Below are positions 42,987 through 61,236 of a stretch of 64,000 bases of DNA, one piece after another. Source of the stretch: the human T2T-CHM13v2.0 reference genome, Homo sapiens; the NCBI RefSeq assembly GCF_009914755.1, contig NC_060943.1, one strand, 5' to 3'. The notes under the pieces were generated by a model that worked only from the letters and a program-made list of their open reading frames with translations, had not been told where the DNA came from and did no database searches. The position numbers were made by a program, and so were the translations under genes. Every line of letters begins with the position of its first letter. The stretch's first letter is position 1.

Positions 42987-43390
42987 CTCCCAGAGCTTTT
43001 CTATGAATGATCAAACACAATCAAGTACAGACACCCTTCTTCTTTATATATAGTAGTATTATACTATATATGCTGTTCTGTATCTTGCTATTTTCACTCA
43101 ACACTCTATCTTAGACATTGTCCCACAGCAGTAATTGTGTCTCAATTCTTTTTGACAGATACATACTATTCTATTGTATCAATGTAGCATCATTTATTAA
43201 TCAATCTCCAATTAATGTACATTCAGGATATTTCCAATTTTTTCTTACTACAAATAATCTGCAATGAATAATACATAAAACAGTACACACTTAAGTCACT
43301 CTTTCCCTCTTTTCCTACTTTTTTTCAAAGCACTCGTCAACACCACCTCAGGGTAGCCACATCATTTATCATACAGACTGGAACACTTCT

Positions 43391-43692
43391 TTTTTTTTTT
43401 TTTTTGAGATGGAGTCTTGCTCTGTCTCCCAGGCTGGAGTGCAGTGGCATGACCTCGGCTCACCACATCCTCCACCTCCCAGATTCAAGCAATTCTCCTG
43501 CCTCAGCTTCCCTACACCTGTAGCTGGGACTACAGGTGTCCACGACCATGCCCAGCTAATTTTTGTATTTTTAGTAGAGACAGGGTTTAACTATGTTAGC
43601 CAGGCTGGTCTTGAACTCCTGACCTCAAGTGATCTGACCACCTCAACCTCCCCGAGTGCTGAGATTACAGGCGTGAGCCACCGTGCCTGGCC
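43391..43692 (-). mobile_element. AluS
   Basis: Perfect 17-bp TSD cagactggaacacttct. Confidence 0.95.
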
Positions 43693-43809
43693 CAGACTGG
43701 AACACTTCTGAGAGCAGAAAGGGGCACTAACAGTTCTACTAGAACATACCTATGACTATGCCAGGCAACTGGGATACATGGGCATCCTATATGATTTATT
43801 ATGCATTCC

Positions 43810-43968
43810 CTATTTATTTCTTTATTGTCTGCTTCTCCCACTCGAATGTAAGCTCCTGGAGGGTAAAAACTAGTCTGTCTTCCTCATAACTGTTTCTCTA
43901 GAGCCCTGAACAGTGCCTGGAATGCAGTGGTACCTCATTAAATGTTTGATGAATGACTAAACGAATTA
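43810..43968 (+). mobile_element. L2 3' end
   Basis: gaatgtaagctcc..aacagtgcctgg..taaatgtttgatgaatga. Confidence 0.85.
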
Positions 43969-44066
43969 AAATTAAATATCTCTGAATAGCATCATTAGCA
44001 CATGTGTAAGAATATCATTAAGATAAATTCCTAAAAGTTGAATGATTGCATCAAAAGGTATGTGCT

Positions 44067-44177
44067 TTTTTTTTTTTTTTTTTTTTGAGATGAGATCTCA
44101 CTATGTTGCCTTGGCTGGATTGGCTCTGAACTCCTGGGCTTAAGCTATCCTTCTGCTTCAGTCTCCCAAGTAGCTGG
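44067..44177 (-). mobile_element. Alu monomer (FLAM-like), 5'-truncated
   Basis: T tract followed by gagatgagatctcactatgttgcc..cccaagtagctgg. Confidence 0.8.
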
Positions 44178-44971
44178 TAGTATATGCATCTTATATTTTA
44201 GTAAATATGACTGTATTGTACTCCATGGAGTATGTACTAATTAGCACTCCCACCAACAATGAGAGTGGGACATCTCCCTCCCTCAATCTGCATGGCCTGC
44301 GTGTGTGCATGTGTGTGCAAATGTGCATGTGTGTGCAAATGTTCACGTGCTCACACATCCATACTCAGTGTGCTCCACACACAGGCACACAGAGACCTGC
44401 TACCACAGTGCTGCCAGGACAAGCACTGAAACTTCTGACTCCCCAGGGACACAGATTCTGGTGCTGGGAGAGGAGAAGGAGGCCCCTCACACTCTCGATC
44501 AAGGGTGTTTGTTCATCCTCTCTTCTCTCCCCGCCACCGTACACTTCCCAGACAGGATCAACATTTGCAAATTACCTTCCAGGACTCTGACTATGAGACA
44601 CAGCATGGCAGCACCTAGTTCAGGCCTAGCTCAATAAATGTTTAATTAATCAATCAATCAAGCCAAATCAAAGATTAGGTTGATTATCCAGATATCTTTA
44701 TCTATGTGGAAGTAGGCAACTGGTTAATTGCTTTTTCTCTTTTGTAAAATTTTGTACTGAAATGATAATAATATATTTGAGAATTGCACAGATATGACCT
44801 CAAAGGTCAAAAGCCTGGTAAGTATGAAATATTCCCAGGGTGTCCCCAGGGGCAGACTGCTGCGAAAGCAATTATCATTATCCTAGGAGTCAATGCCTTG
44901 GTGTTGCCATGATGCTGAGGTAGAAAATTCTCTGGCTTATGATGGAATAACTAAAATCCACAAATATGGTC

Positions 44972-45518
44972 TGTTACAGGAAGGGGTTCCGATCCAGACC
45001 TCAAGAGAGTGTTCTTGGATCTCGTACAAGAAAAAATTCAGGGAGAGTCCACGGTGCAAAGCAAGTTTATTTAAAAAGTACAGGAATAAAAGAATGGCTA
45101 CTCCATAGACAGAACAGCCCCAAGCACTGCTGGTTGCCCATTTTTATGGTTATTTCTCGATGATATGCTAAACAAGGGTGGATTATTCATGCCCTCCCCT
45201 TTTTAGACCATAGAGGGTAACTTCCTGACGTTGCCATGGCATTTGTAAACTGTCATGGCGCTGGTGGGAGAGTAGTGGTGAGGATGATCAGAGGTCACTC
45301 TCATAGCCATCTTGGTTTTGGTGGGTTTTAGCCAGCTTCTTGACTGCAGCCTGTTTTGTCAGCAAGGCCTTTATGATCTGTATCTTGTGCTGACCTCCTG
45401 TCTTATCTTGTGACTTAGAATGCCTTAACCATCTGGGAATACAGCCCAGTAGGTTTCAGCCTCATTTTACCCAGCCCCTACTCAAGATGGGGTTGCTGTG
45501 GTTCATACGCCTCTGACG
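44972..45518 (-). mobile_element. MER41A solo LTR (ERV1)
   Basis: Reverse complement of the same family as 662-1209, tgttacagg...cctctgac; also lacks the GAS segment; no clear TSD. Confidence 0.92.
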
Positions 45519-45665
45519 ATTTTCCCCACTGTGGCTGTCCATACATATGCTGATCATGAGGACAAAGGAATGGGTTATTGCATAAGATTCTTAACCGTGC
45601 CTCTCCCTGTGGGATTCCAGCAGAATCTGGGCATGCCACAGCTCTGTGAGAAAATATTAGGTTGA

Positions 45666-46060
<395 letters not shown>

Positions 46061-46320
46061 TCATAGATTTCCCACGGAGAGTGGTGATTTCTACGAAACC
46101 CCATCCAAGAGCCCTGTGGGCATCCCATGTTCGTATCCCTAAGTTCCTCATGTCGTCACTTAAGAGCCATAAATTATCTGCCTTACTTTCATTTACAGAT
46201 CAGAAGGTGCTAAGATTTTTGTGCCATTGCATTTTGCTGCAGGAACTAGACTAGGGCTTTTTGGATATTAATCTGGTTAAAATTGTGCTCTTGGCGGATT
46301 TGGGATGGAATAAAATAACA

Positions 46321-47180
46321 GCATCCCGAGGGCCTTCTCTGCAAAATCCACAACCAGGCGCCCAGGGCGGATACATCCAGAACCTGCCACTCCCCTGTCG
46401 CCGGCAGCAGCTCAGTCTAAACTGGCCCGGGACCTCCGGAAGGTGCAGTCTGCAGAGCGGGAAGCCCTAGCAGGTTCAATACAACTAGAAATTTTGGGGT
46501 AACTTCCAGAAGCTGGAAAAAATAATTCACAAGTTCCCCTTACTTTCTAAAGATTTGCCTTTGATTTTTAAAACGCTCTTTTGGGTCGAGTTGGATCACT
46601 CACTCACACATTCGTCTGGGAGGCAGTGATCTGGCAGCAGCCCATGCCTCAGAGGCTGCCAGGAGGACTCCAGCGGCTCATCGAGGCCTCCGATTCCTTG
46701 CAGTCTGAGCCGGAGCGCAGAGATGCGTGATCCCGACCATAAGCGCTGCCTTCACAGGCTGTCGGGGAGTGTGAACCGGGGACAGCAGAGCTGGCTGGCA
46801 GCCCCGCAGTAGCCACTTCCTCCTCCACCCGCACGATGCAAACACTCAGAAAGATCAATAGCTGTTGCTTCAGAATTTCCCTCTGCTCAACGTTGTCAAC
46901 ACATGTTCAGCCACACTCAGTGTGTGTATAAGTCCACAAATACCCGAGCCAACAAACACATTGATCACACGTCGATCTTCACGGTCGACTCAACACCTTT
47001 CAATGGTGCAACACATCCCAGCGGAGGGCAAACTTGGGCCCAGCTAAGGATGGATGCCCGCAGGCTCCCAAGGGGTCCAAGTCTAATCAAGATTCACTAA
47101 GGCTTTGGGGATGCTAATCTGGGGACATTGCAACCATGCAGGGACATTTGTGCCATCTTCAGGCCCGGATCGCTTATGAG
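46321..47180. promoter_or_regulatory. CpG-retaining unique segment, candidate regulatory element
   Basis: About 34 CpG in ~860 bp by manual count; no repeat similarity recognised. Confidence 0.4.
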
Positions 47181-47235
47181 GGAACATGCCTCCAGGGTCT
47201 GGATAACAGATCACATATCAGAAAGCACAGAAGTA

Positions 47236-47629
<394 letters not shown>

Positions 47630-47854
47630 CTAGAACAGGCATATGCCTTCTGGAGAACTCATGTTTTTAGCCATGACGCGTCTTCCATCAAGTGCCACAG
47701 GACGACCTCTTAACAGGTGGCAGCTCCAGAACAACTCGGTTCCAAATTACCTGTGTCTGTCTGTGTTAAAAAGAAGAGGCAGCACTGTCTTTCCTGGGGA
47801 CTCTAACCAACAGCCTCATGAGCACTATGGAAGGAACCCAACTTTGGCAATACA

Positions 47855-48030
47855 TAGGCTTGGGGTCCAGCTCTGGCTGTGCCGTAAATAGCTGGGTAGC
47901 CTTGACCAGGTTTCAGAACCCCTTGGAGCTTTGATTTCTTAATCTCTAAAATGGGGATGATAGCATTCACTCCCTCTAGTTTGTTGTGGGAATTAAAGAA
48001 GACGCGTATAAAACGTTTAGGACTCAACAG
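47855..48030 (+). mobile_element. MIR
   Basis: tttcttaatctctaaaatggggatgatagc and gttgtgggaattaaa. Confidence 0.75.
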
Positions 48031-48251
48031 GAGGGCGGCACGTAGAGGGGCAGGAAGAGGCCAACAGTCAACCCACTGTGCAGGGAAACTCGGCCTTCCT
48101 GTGGTCTTTCCTCCTGCAGGGCAACCTTCCCCAGGACCCTCTGGAAAGCAGAGGTCAGACCAATGTGCTTCTGTAAAGTATCATAGCCTTGAGATTGACC
48201 TTGAACGTAAGAGTGCATCATGGACATGCAGTGAGATTGGGGATAAGGTAG

Positions 48252-48839
<588 letters not shown>

Positions 48840-49298
48840 AGTATCTTCTGAGACTGCTGTAAAACCAGTGGGGACTCCTGGACACCTCGTATGGCCCCAG
48901 GGAGGAGCTCCAGCCCTGCACGGGGATGAACTGAGTGGACTTTGGCACACGTAGGTGGGGTACACACACCCCATCACACAGGCAGTTGAGAACATCGCCT
49001 ATCATCGCTGTTCAGGTCCAGGAGGTCGGACTTGGACACACGATGGGGAAGCTGCCAGGCAAGTTCCCAGGGCAGAAAAGCAGACATTGAAAGACGCTTC
49101 TGAGAAACCAATTTGGGAATCTGTGTGATATGATATAGATGAGACAAAAGGGAGAAATGTCATTTTGCACTTCTTCCTGGAGAAAAACTAAACGTATTTA
49201 GAGGAAAGACTTTGATAAGCTGCCTATGGTTTGGGGATGACACTGCAGAAGCCTGTTGAAGTAATAAAGATGGCATTTTGAAAATAATAATAAAAACT

Positions 49299-49834
<536 letters not shown>

Positions 49835-49894
49835 GAGTGGCCATTGGTAGCCAGGAATTTTCACTGAGGATGTTACAAAGTCTTTGAGTCGTGA

Positions 49895-50749
49895 CCCTAA
49901 AAACAAAACTTTTTCCCTACTCACAACATTTCTGGCACAAAATGTGTGCATTTTCCACATCAAGTCATTTTCCAGTTCTCTGAAGACACCAACTGGGTAC
50001 CCAGTGATTCATTTCAATTCTGACCTTAGCTACCTGGAGATGATATCAGACCTCATACGACTGCCTCCCACGTCACACACCAATTGCAAGTAGGGGGTCT
50101 TCAGGTTGCCCACACTTCTTTCTGTCTGACTTGGCTACAAATCAGGGGTTCCCATAGCCCCCTCTTCGATAATTCAATAATTTGCTACCATAATAATAAT
50201 AATTAGAAAATAAAGGTTCAATAATTTGCTGTAACAGCTCACAGAACTCAGGGAAACGCTTTACTTACTGTTACCAGTTAACTATAAAGCATATAAATAA
50301 AGAGTCAGATGACTAAGTATGTAGGGAGAGGTCTGGAAGGGGCAGGAAGTCCGTAGGAGCTTCTGTCCCCATGGAGCTAGCTGGGGTATGCCACCCTCCC
50401 GGCACATGGATGTGTTCATCAACCCAGAGGCTTGTCAGCTCCCATTGTTCAAGTTTTTAGAGCTTAACCTCCAGTCTGCTTCCCAGAGGTCAATGTGTGG
50501 GAATGAAAGTTCCAGTCCTCAAATTACTTGGTCTTTCTGGTGACCAGAAAAGCTGATCTTTCTGGCAACCCAAGCTAAGGCTGTCTAGGGATCCCAGACT
50601 AAGCTACATCATTAGCATAAATTCATGGGACCAAAGAGGCTGATTATGATTAACAAAAGACTCTCCTATCACTCAGGAAATTCCAAGAGTTTTAAGATCT
50701 CTGTGCCAAGAACTGGGAACAAAGACCAACTATATTTCTTATACTATCG
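49895..50749 (-). mobile_element. MER21 (C-like) LTR
   Basis: Minus strand starts ..gatagtataagaaatatagttggtctttgttcccagttcttggcacagag; contains ggctacaaatcaggggttccc. Confidence 0.82.
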
Positions 50750-50961
50750 CCTTCTCTGCCGACCAGGGATCATTCATGCTTTTGTGGGTAAGGACTTTTG
50801 GAGCGTGTGGGAACAATGTCTAGGTTGATGTGTGAGCAAAACACACACAACATGCCTAGACACAGGAGCCAGGGGATGAGGGCAGAGCTGCTATCTATGC
50901 TGTAGCAGGAGCCAGAGGCTTGGATACAGACCCAGCTCTGCAGCTCATGATTTTCATAAGC

Positions 50962-51271
50962 AGCCGAAATCAGACCACTGCACTCCAGCCCGGGCAACAG
51001 AGTGAGACTCTGTCTCAAGTAAATAAATAAATAATAAAAATGAAGATGGCCTTCAATCTTCAATCAAAAAATCATCTGCCTTCTAAGGAGAATCCTGTTA
51101 ACTGGGGCGGAATGGGTGCTTTGTTTCATTGGGTTTGGGATTGTGAGTTAGAGGATAGGACTGCAGGAAGAGCTGAACAGTTGGGCAAAGAGAGGAGAAA
51201 GGTTTTGCACCCTGGCACAATGAAGAGGCAGGTGATTGGGCACTGTCTAGAGGACAGTTGGGAATGACCAA
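50962..51271 (+). repeat. Local duplication, copy B, inserted into a MIR
   Basis: About 90% identical to copy A over the 3' ~156 bp; MIR halves at 50908-50947 and 51275-51334. Confidence 0.88.
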
Positions 51272-51838
51272 CAGGCTCTGGAAAAGCCCCTTCCCCTCTC
51301 TGGGTTTTATTTATTTACTCAACCCTAAAATGGGCTCATGCGTTTCCAACCATCACATTCTAGGATTCTGACTTAAGTTCAGCACTCTCCACAATGCAAA
51401 GTGGGGTGATAGCATTTATTAACAGAGCATTTGTGCATTGATATGGAATGTACTTGCTGCATCCCCACATAATGAATTTTCTCACAAATTATATATGCTA
51501 AGAACTGCTCAGATTAAACTGTAAGATCACATCAGATGCACTATTGATTTTCGTTATTTTAGTTTTCTCCATCCCTGAGTTTTCTGCAATTTATCCGCCA
51601 ATTTCAGCAGAACAATCTCTGCCTCCTCTTTCTAGTAATCAGTTCATAAAACTTCAGAACTTGGGAGTTTGAGGAACTAGGCTAGTTTGGATACAATACC
51701 TGTCCTTCTACAGGGATGATGACTGTGGACCTCCTGGAGTCAGTAGGGATTCCTCTGGCTAGAGCAGTAGATGTCTTTCAATGGCAACGTGAATCAACAG
51801 CCATGCCTGTATACACACTCTTCTTATGAAATAAGGAA

Positions 51839-52232
<394 letters not shown>

Positions 52233-52897
52233 CTAGCAGCGCTTCTCCATGGACGCTCTCTGGGGTGCCCAGTTTCCCATCCATTTTGCCCTTTTGACCC
52301 TGTTTCCTTGCAATGACTAGGCCGTACAGTTTCTAGGCAGCCCCAGTTCCCTCAAAAGGGCAAGCAAGGTAATTTTCCAGCAAAGGAGGCCCCTCCTGAC
52401 TTTGCAAGGGCCATGTAGGGAGCTGAGATCCTCGGGTGTCCTTTTCAGAATCTCTCCTCTGATTCATTGTCATCCCAGAACAGATTAGCTCTGCAAACAA
52501 ACACCAAATTATTAAAATTGGACACTGCTCTGCCTCTGACATGGGAAACGGTTACAGATAGCTTTGTATAGAATGACTTCTATGACAGAGCAACAAGATG
52601 TACAACTCCAAGGCTATTAAAAACAAAGCAAGATGAAAAGCAAAACCAGAAGGGCTGCTCACCCAAAAACTTTCACGGGAACAGCAAAGAAGTCAAGGGA
52701 TTATTCATGAGAAAAAGACCACAAATAGAGAAACACTCAATGGCTTAAAGTGTGAGCCTTGGAGACTTGCAATGAGCTCATTCATCACTCACTTACTTTT
52801 GTACAAAGGGCCGAGCGCTGTCCTAAGTGCTGGATCCCCCACAACTGAGAACAACCAACAAGATCCTAACTCCTCTGACATTTAAATACCTGTAGGG

Positions 52898-53173
52898 GGC
52901 CAGGCGCCATGGCTCACGCCTATAAACCCAGCACTTTCTTGAGTCCAGGAGTTTAAGAGCAGCCTGGGCAATATGGAGAAACCCTGTATCTACCAAAAGT
53001 ACAAAAAAAAAATTGCCAGATGTAATAGCATCCACCTGTAGTCCCAGCTACTCGGGAGGCTGGGGTGAGAGGATCACTTGAGCCTGGGAGGTAGAGGTTG
53101 TTGTGAAACAAGATCAAGCCACTGCACTCCAGCCTGAGTGACAAAGTGAGACCCTGTCTCAAAAAAAAAAAAT
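52898..53173 (+). mobile_element. AluJ with left-arm deletion
   Basis: cacttt|cttgagtcc junction; flanked by L2-like sequence. Confidence 0.9.
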
Positions 53174-53212
53174 CAGTAAGAGGAGACCAACAATTAAGTT
53201 GTAAACATATCA

Positions 53213-53379
<167 letters not shown>

Positions 53380-54503
53380 AAGATAACTTCAGAAAGTTGT
53401 AAATTCTATTAAGAGAACACAACAGAATAGAGTGATTGAGAGATATTGGCAGGGTCACAGACGCCACTCCTATACCCTGGGTGTTTAGGAAAAGCCTCTC
53501 AGGATGTGACATTCAAGTGGGGTGCAGAGAAGCAAAAAAACTCAGGCTAACTCCTGGAGGATTTTGGCTTGAGCAACTCCAGTGAAAATGAATTATCAGT
53601 GTGTCAGGATGAATGATAAACCCTTTCCATTATTCTTGGGAGGGACACAAAGTATTCTTTTTGTTTTGTCGGGAGTTTAGGAGCCAACTCGTTAGAAATG
53701 TAAGCGGTGGCAACATTCCACTCTGCAACCTGAGAAATACTTGAGCTCTTCTTTGCATATGATGATTTTTAACCTATTTCTTCAGAAAAACAAACTCCAA
53801 GCAGAGGTTCGAAACAAATGCTGGCATAAGTGTCAACATCCACTTTGTGAAGGCTCAAAGGCAGGCCCTTTCTCTGCCAGAAATGTGTTTCTCATCTGCA
53901 AAGGGCAGGAGAGGCCTTAACCCAACTGTCTGGTTGATGATCCAGACTTCAAACTTAACCCAGTGGGTCTTGGAGCCAACTTAATAGAGAATGGAGTGTC
54001 TTTGTTGAAAACTCTAGTGTGTTTTGTGGAGGGGAGTGTGCAAAAGCCAGCTGAATGTGCAAGGGAGGGATGAGATTATAGAAGAGGCAAAATATCAAGG
54101 AAGAGAAACTGCAAACAGATTCGTGAGACTCGATTGGCTGCGTAGCAGCAAGTATCATTTCTGTGATTCCTGTAAAGGAATCACACGACGACTTCCAAGT
54201 GCATCTGCTTGCTGTGTGGATGGCCTCTAATGAGACACAGTTTCTAGCCAATTGGGTTTCACACCGCTCAGTGCCAGCTTGGCGATTTGTTTTGCATTAA
54301 ACACTGCAGCCTGTTAACCTGGTGAGTAACTGTTCTGGATGGGCAGCCAGAATCCCTCACTGAACTGCCCTTTTTTCTTAAAAGAAAAAGAAAATGATGA
54401 TGGTGGGGGTGGTGATGATGATGATGAAAATGCGATCAATCAGGTTACCATCTTAAAACTTGAATTCATTGAGTTAAAATGACCCAGATAATGGGCCTTT
54501 TAA

Positions 54504-55149
<646 letters not shown>

Positions 55150-56476
55150 TCAATCCATTTTTCAGCCTTTCTGTGCCCTCTGCTCTTGCTGGGAGAACTA
55201 GGCCTCTCCGTTTCTTTCATTTCAGTCTCAAGATAATTTAGAGTTCTGGAGTGCGCAACACACTTGGGAATTCGACCTGGAGGTGACTGAGCTGGGGCCT
55301 GGGGGCAGTGGAGGGGAGCAGTATAGGAACAAAGACATCAGACTTCATAAATCTCAACTGTAAATGTAAAAGTCCTCCTGTGTCTGACACCACCAGAATT
55401 GTAGGATTTTTCTTCTTTAGGTGACAAAAATGAACGGTCCCCAGCAGAAGCAGTCTGTCCATGGTCTCTTTCTCATTGGTCCAAATAAACTTAAAACCTT
55501 GTGCTAGGCCAAGAGTCTGGATCCCAAAGCACACTCACCAAGGCTCCATTTGAGCCCCCCATTTACCCTGAAAATACTGTGGTCACCCTCCCCGCATTCC
55601 TCCTACCTCTTTCCACAGCAGAAGGGAGGGGGTGTGTCAGCTGTGATACCATCAGCCACCAATGTGTGTCACCGCTCCTTCCACAATGGGACGCTTGCTG
55701 GGAAAAACAGCTCATTCTCAAGCCTCCTTCCCTCGAGGTCAGGGCAGGGCAATGGTGGGGATCAGTCTCTGCAGAAGAAGAATCTTGATTTTCTGGATTT
55801 CAGCTGCAACTTCTGCTTCAACAAGAACTATGTAGAGCCCATCAGAACTATTAGGCTGCTGAAATGAGTTGATGAAAGCTATGCCCCATCCACATGTGAA
55901 ACTTACAGGGTGATAATAAAAGGTTTCCGTGGCAATGACAACAAATGTTTTGTTTCTTTGTTTGTTGCTTGTTTTTCTAGGCACTTCCACCAGGGGATGC
56001 AATGAATGTTTTTGACCTACAATGAAAAAAAAAAGTCTTCTTAGCTTGCAGAAGTCAGGAAAGATTGTGTGCACATGCATATGTGTTTGTAGGTGTTTGC
56101 ATAGTGTACATTAAGTGTGAGGTGTGTGTGTGTGTGTCACTTTCAAAGTACCAGAAGCCAAATCATCTGTTGATTTTCTGACAAGGTACATGGTCCTTTT
56201 CAACTACCAAAAATAGAAAGATGACCATAAGCAGATGAATATTGTCAGAAAGCACACACCAGACAGCCCTGAGCATTTGATTCAGCTGACATTGGCAACT
56301 GTTCACAGTGAGTTTCTGCTCCCATCGTGGTCAAGACAATCCTCCAAGCACTGTGGCCCCTAAGGCCAAGCCCAGAAGTTGCAGGGCTCATTGGTTTGAC
56401 ACCAATATGTGCTGATTAAGAAGCTGCACCCTGGAGAACCACAAATTGTTTTAAGCATTTTGTGATCTAACATCTT

Positions 56477-56797
56477 TTTTTTTTGAGACAGGGTCTCACT
56501 CTGTCGCCCAGGCTGGAGTGCAGTGCTGTGATCATGACTCACTGCAGCCTCGATTCCCCTGGGTTCAAGCATTCCCTCCTACCTCATCCTCCCAAGTAGC
56601 TGGGAATACAGGCATGCACCGCCATGCCCAGTTATGTTTTTGGTTTGGGGTGGCTTTTTGGTTTTTCATTTTGTTTTTGTGGAGACAGGGTCTTGCTATG
56701 TTGCCCAGGCTGGTCTTAAACTTCTGGGCTGAAGCAATCCTCCAGCTTTGGCCTCTCAAAGTGCAGGGATTACAGGCATCAGCCACCACACCTCGCC
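56477..56797 (-). mobile_element. AluJ
   Basis: Perfect 16-bp TSD tgtgatctaacatctt. Confidence 0.93.
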
Positions 56798-57474
56798 TGT
56801 GATCTAACATCTTAAGATTTCAAGCAAATATGATTACTTTCCAAAAGAGAATACTTCCCCAGTGCTTCTCTCAAAGAACCCAGGGTTAGCAAGCCATTTG
56901 AGACTTGTTTGGTGAAGTGTTTGTGAGATGATTCCATAACATATAAAAGAAACTTAATCAAGGCAATATGAGGCTTTGTGAAAATTAACAGACAAATAAC
57001 GGGGGCTCTAGAGTTCAATGCAGAGGACTGGGCTGTGGCCAGACTCCCAATTGCAAGAGGGTGACACACATCAGTACACAAAGAAGCAACCAGCAGGCAG
57101 GTCACGTCTGAAATACATAAACCCATGCTGTCCGTAATGCAATTCAAAGAACTTGTCGTGCTAGACCATTTTACATAAATATTTTCCAACATATTCAATC
57201 AGCCCCCTCAAATTGACACTGTCACCAACATCAAATCAATACTTCTTGGGAGGGAGGAATAAGTATCTTATCTAATAATCAACTTATTTGAGATCTGCAA
57301 TGCTGGCTGCTATTACCGAAAGACATTTCTCAATTATTTACATTTAACTATACATTACTTTGATTTTTGTCTCAGCTGCATTCAGATAAAATGTGAGCTT
57401 CTAATTTAATTTTTGTCTGGATTTCCTGTGACATATCTATTTATGCCAATTTCCCAGGAGGAAATGGACATCAG

Positions 57475-57690
57475 TAATAAAGATAGTTATAGAAAACACT
57501 TACAAAGCACTTTTAGCACGCCAGACTCTGGTCTCAAGCCACCATCAGGATTGTCCACTTCAATCTTCAGGCAAGTCTATGAGGAGGCCACAGATTGATA
57601 TCCCCATTTTATGGATGATGAACTGGAGCTGAGATTAAGTGTCTTATCCCTGAGATTTGACCCCGGCAGTCTGACTCTAGAGCCCTGCTA
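57475..57690 (-). mobile_element. MIR
   Basis: atccccattttatggatgatgaactggag and gagatttgaccccggcagtctgactctagagccc. Confidence 0.75.
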
Positions 57691-57692
57691 CT

Positions 57693-58333
<641 letters not shown>

Positions 58334-58815
58334 GATCCCTGCTTCTAACCACTGCACAGTCCCACTTCACAGTAGCATGAGTAATTCCAAGCAGAGATTT
58401 CCATACCATTTTCTGCTCTGAGTCAGCAGATAATAAGAGGGTCATGATGTTAACACCAGAATGGACCTAAGTGATGACCCCATCCCTGAAGAAGGTCAAA
58501 GCCACTTCCGTCTGCTGTTCTGCTCTGCCGTTTGATTTCCTTCTAAGATGTTTGCCCTTCTCTAGGAGTTTTGTACAAGACTTGCAGCCTCTGTCTATTG
58601 CATTCTTTAGACAAACGGTGTTTTCTGAGTTGGACTAGAAGCTAAAGAAAGGAACATGTGGATGCAGTGTGGCACACGGATGAAGCCTGCCTGCATCAAA
58701 ACCCCAGCTCATCCTCTATTAACGATGCCTTCCAGTGGAAGGATAAAGTCACCGTACCTCAGCGTCTTCATCTGTATAATGGGGATGATCATAATTCCTC
58801 TGCAATGTGGGGTTA

Positions 58816-59202
<387 letters not shown>

Positions 59203-59572
59203 TCACCATGCTCCTGGCACAGAGTAACTGCTTAGTTCTTGGTTATGGGTCACAGTCACCCCGGAGACTCTCCCTGCACCACACCCTGCACAGCACCTGC
59301 TCTGGGACTTTGTTATACACTCTCTTTCTCTGCTGTTCTGTGACTCACTCACTGGCCTGGGTTGTGCCTCATTCATCTCAGGAGCCCCAGCCCCAACACA
59401 GTTCCCAGCCCGTAGCTGGCACTCGTGAATGTCTGCTGATTGAGTGAGTGACTGCATATATGCACTCGCTGCAACCCCAGCTCACTGCGCAGACGAGGCG
59501 GCAAGTTCAGAGGGACCAAGCCTCTAACTGGGGCCATGGAACTGGATGGTGGCACAGTTAAAGGGCGACTGA

Positions 59573-59878
<306 letters not shown>

Positions 59879-59893
59879 TGCAATTTTCTTTAA

Positions 59894-60229
<336 letters not shown>

Positions 60230-60852
60230 TAAAATGATTTTATCACAGACTAAGATCAAACGGATAACCAGAGCATCATTAATATCAAACTAGGGATACG
60301 TTCACAATCTATTTTTCCTACTTTCCATAATTTACATGTCAGCAATCCATCACAAAATGAAAAAAAAGTTACAAAAATACGGACCTAAACATTTTTAGTG
60401 TCTTGCATTTTAACTAATTACACAGTAATACTATGATAATCTAATTGCAATTGACAAGATAAAAATGCACAGTAATCATGTATTGCACCTGATATAGGCA
60501 ATATTACATGACCTAATATCCTGCCTTTTACGTGCCTATTTCATTCCTTGGAAGCTCCCTGGTAATAAATATGCTATTAAGCAGGGCTTTTTTAATTTGC
60601 ATGTTTCCCTTATAGTGATTCATCAATAAATTTTTCTGATTTCCTTCATAAATAAGTTTCATTATTCCTCATTATTTAAAAAAACAACCACTTTCTCCTG
60701 TCCTGAAAGGATGTCATATATTAGATGACCTTCCTATATAAAATCACAAATGAGAGAAGACCAGACAACCTGCAAGAAAATAAGTAATCAGACAATCGGG
60801 CATTAAATACAGCTGGGCAGACAGTAGGCATTATGGTATAGTCTGCAAAAAA

Positions 60853-61236
<384 letters not shown>

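Noticed and set aside
56812-57198. 128-aa minus-strand ORF in unique sequence
   Set aside because: Non-ATG start, no recognisable domain or splice context; length compatible with chance
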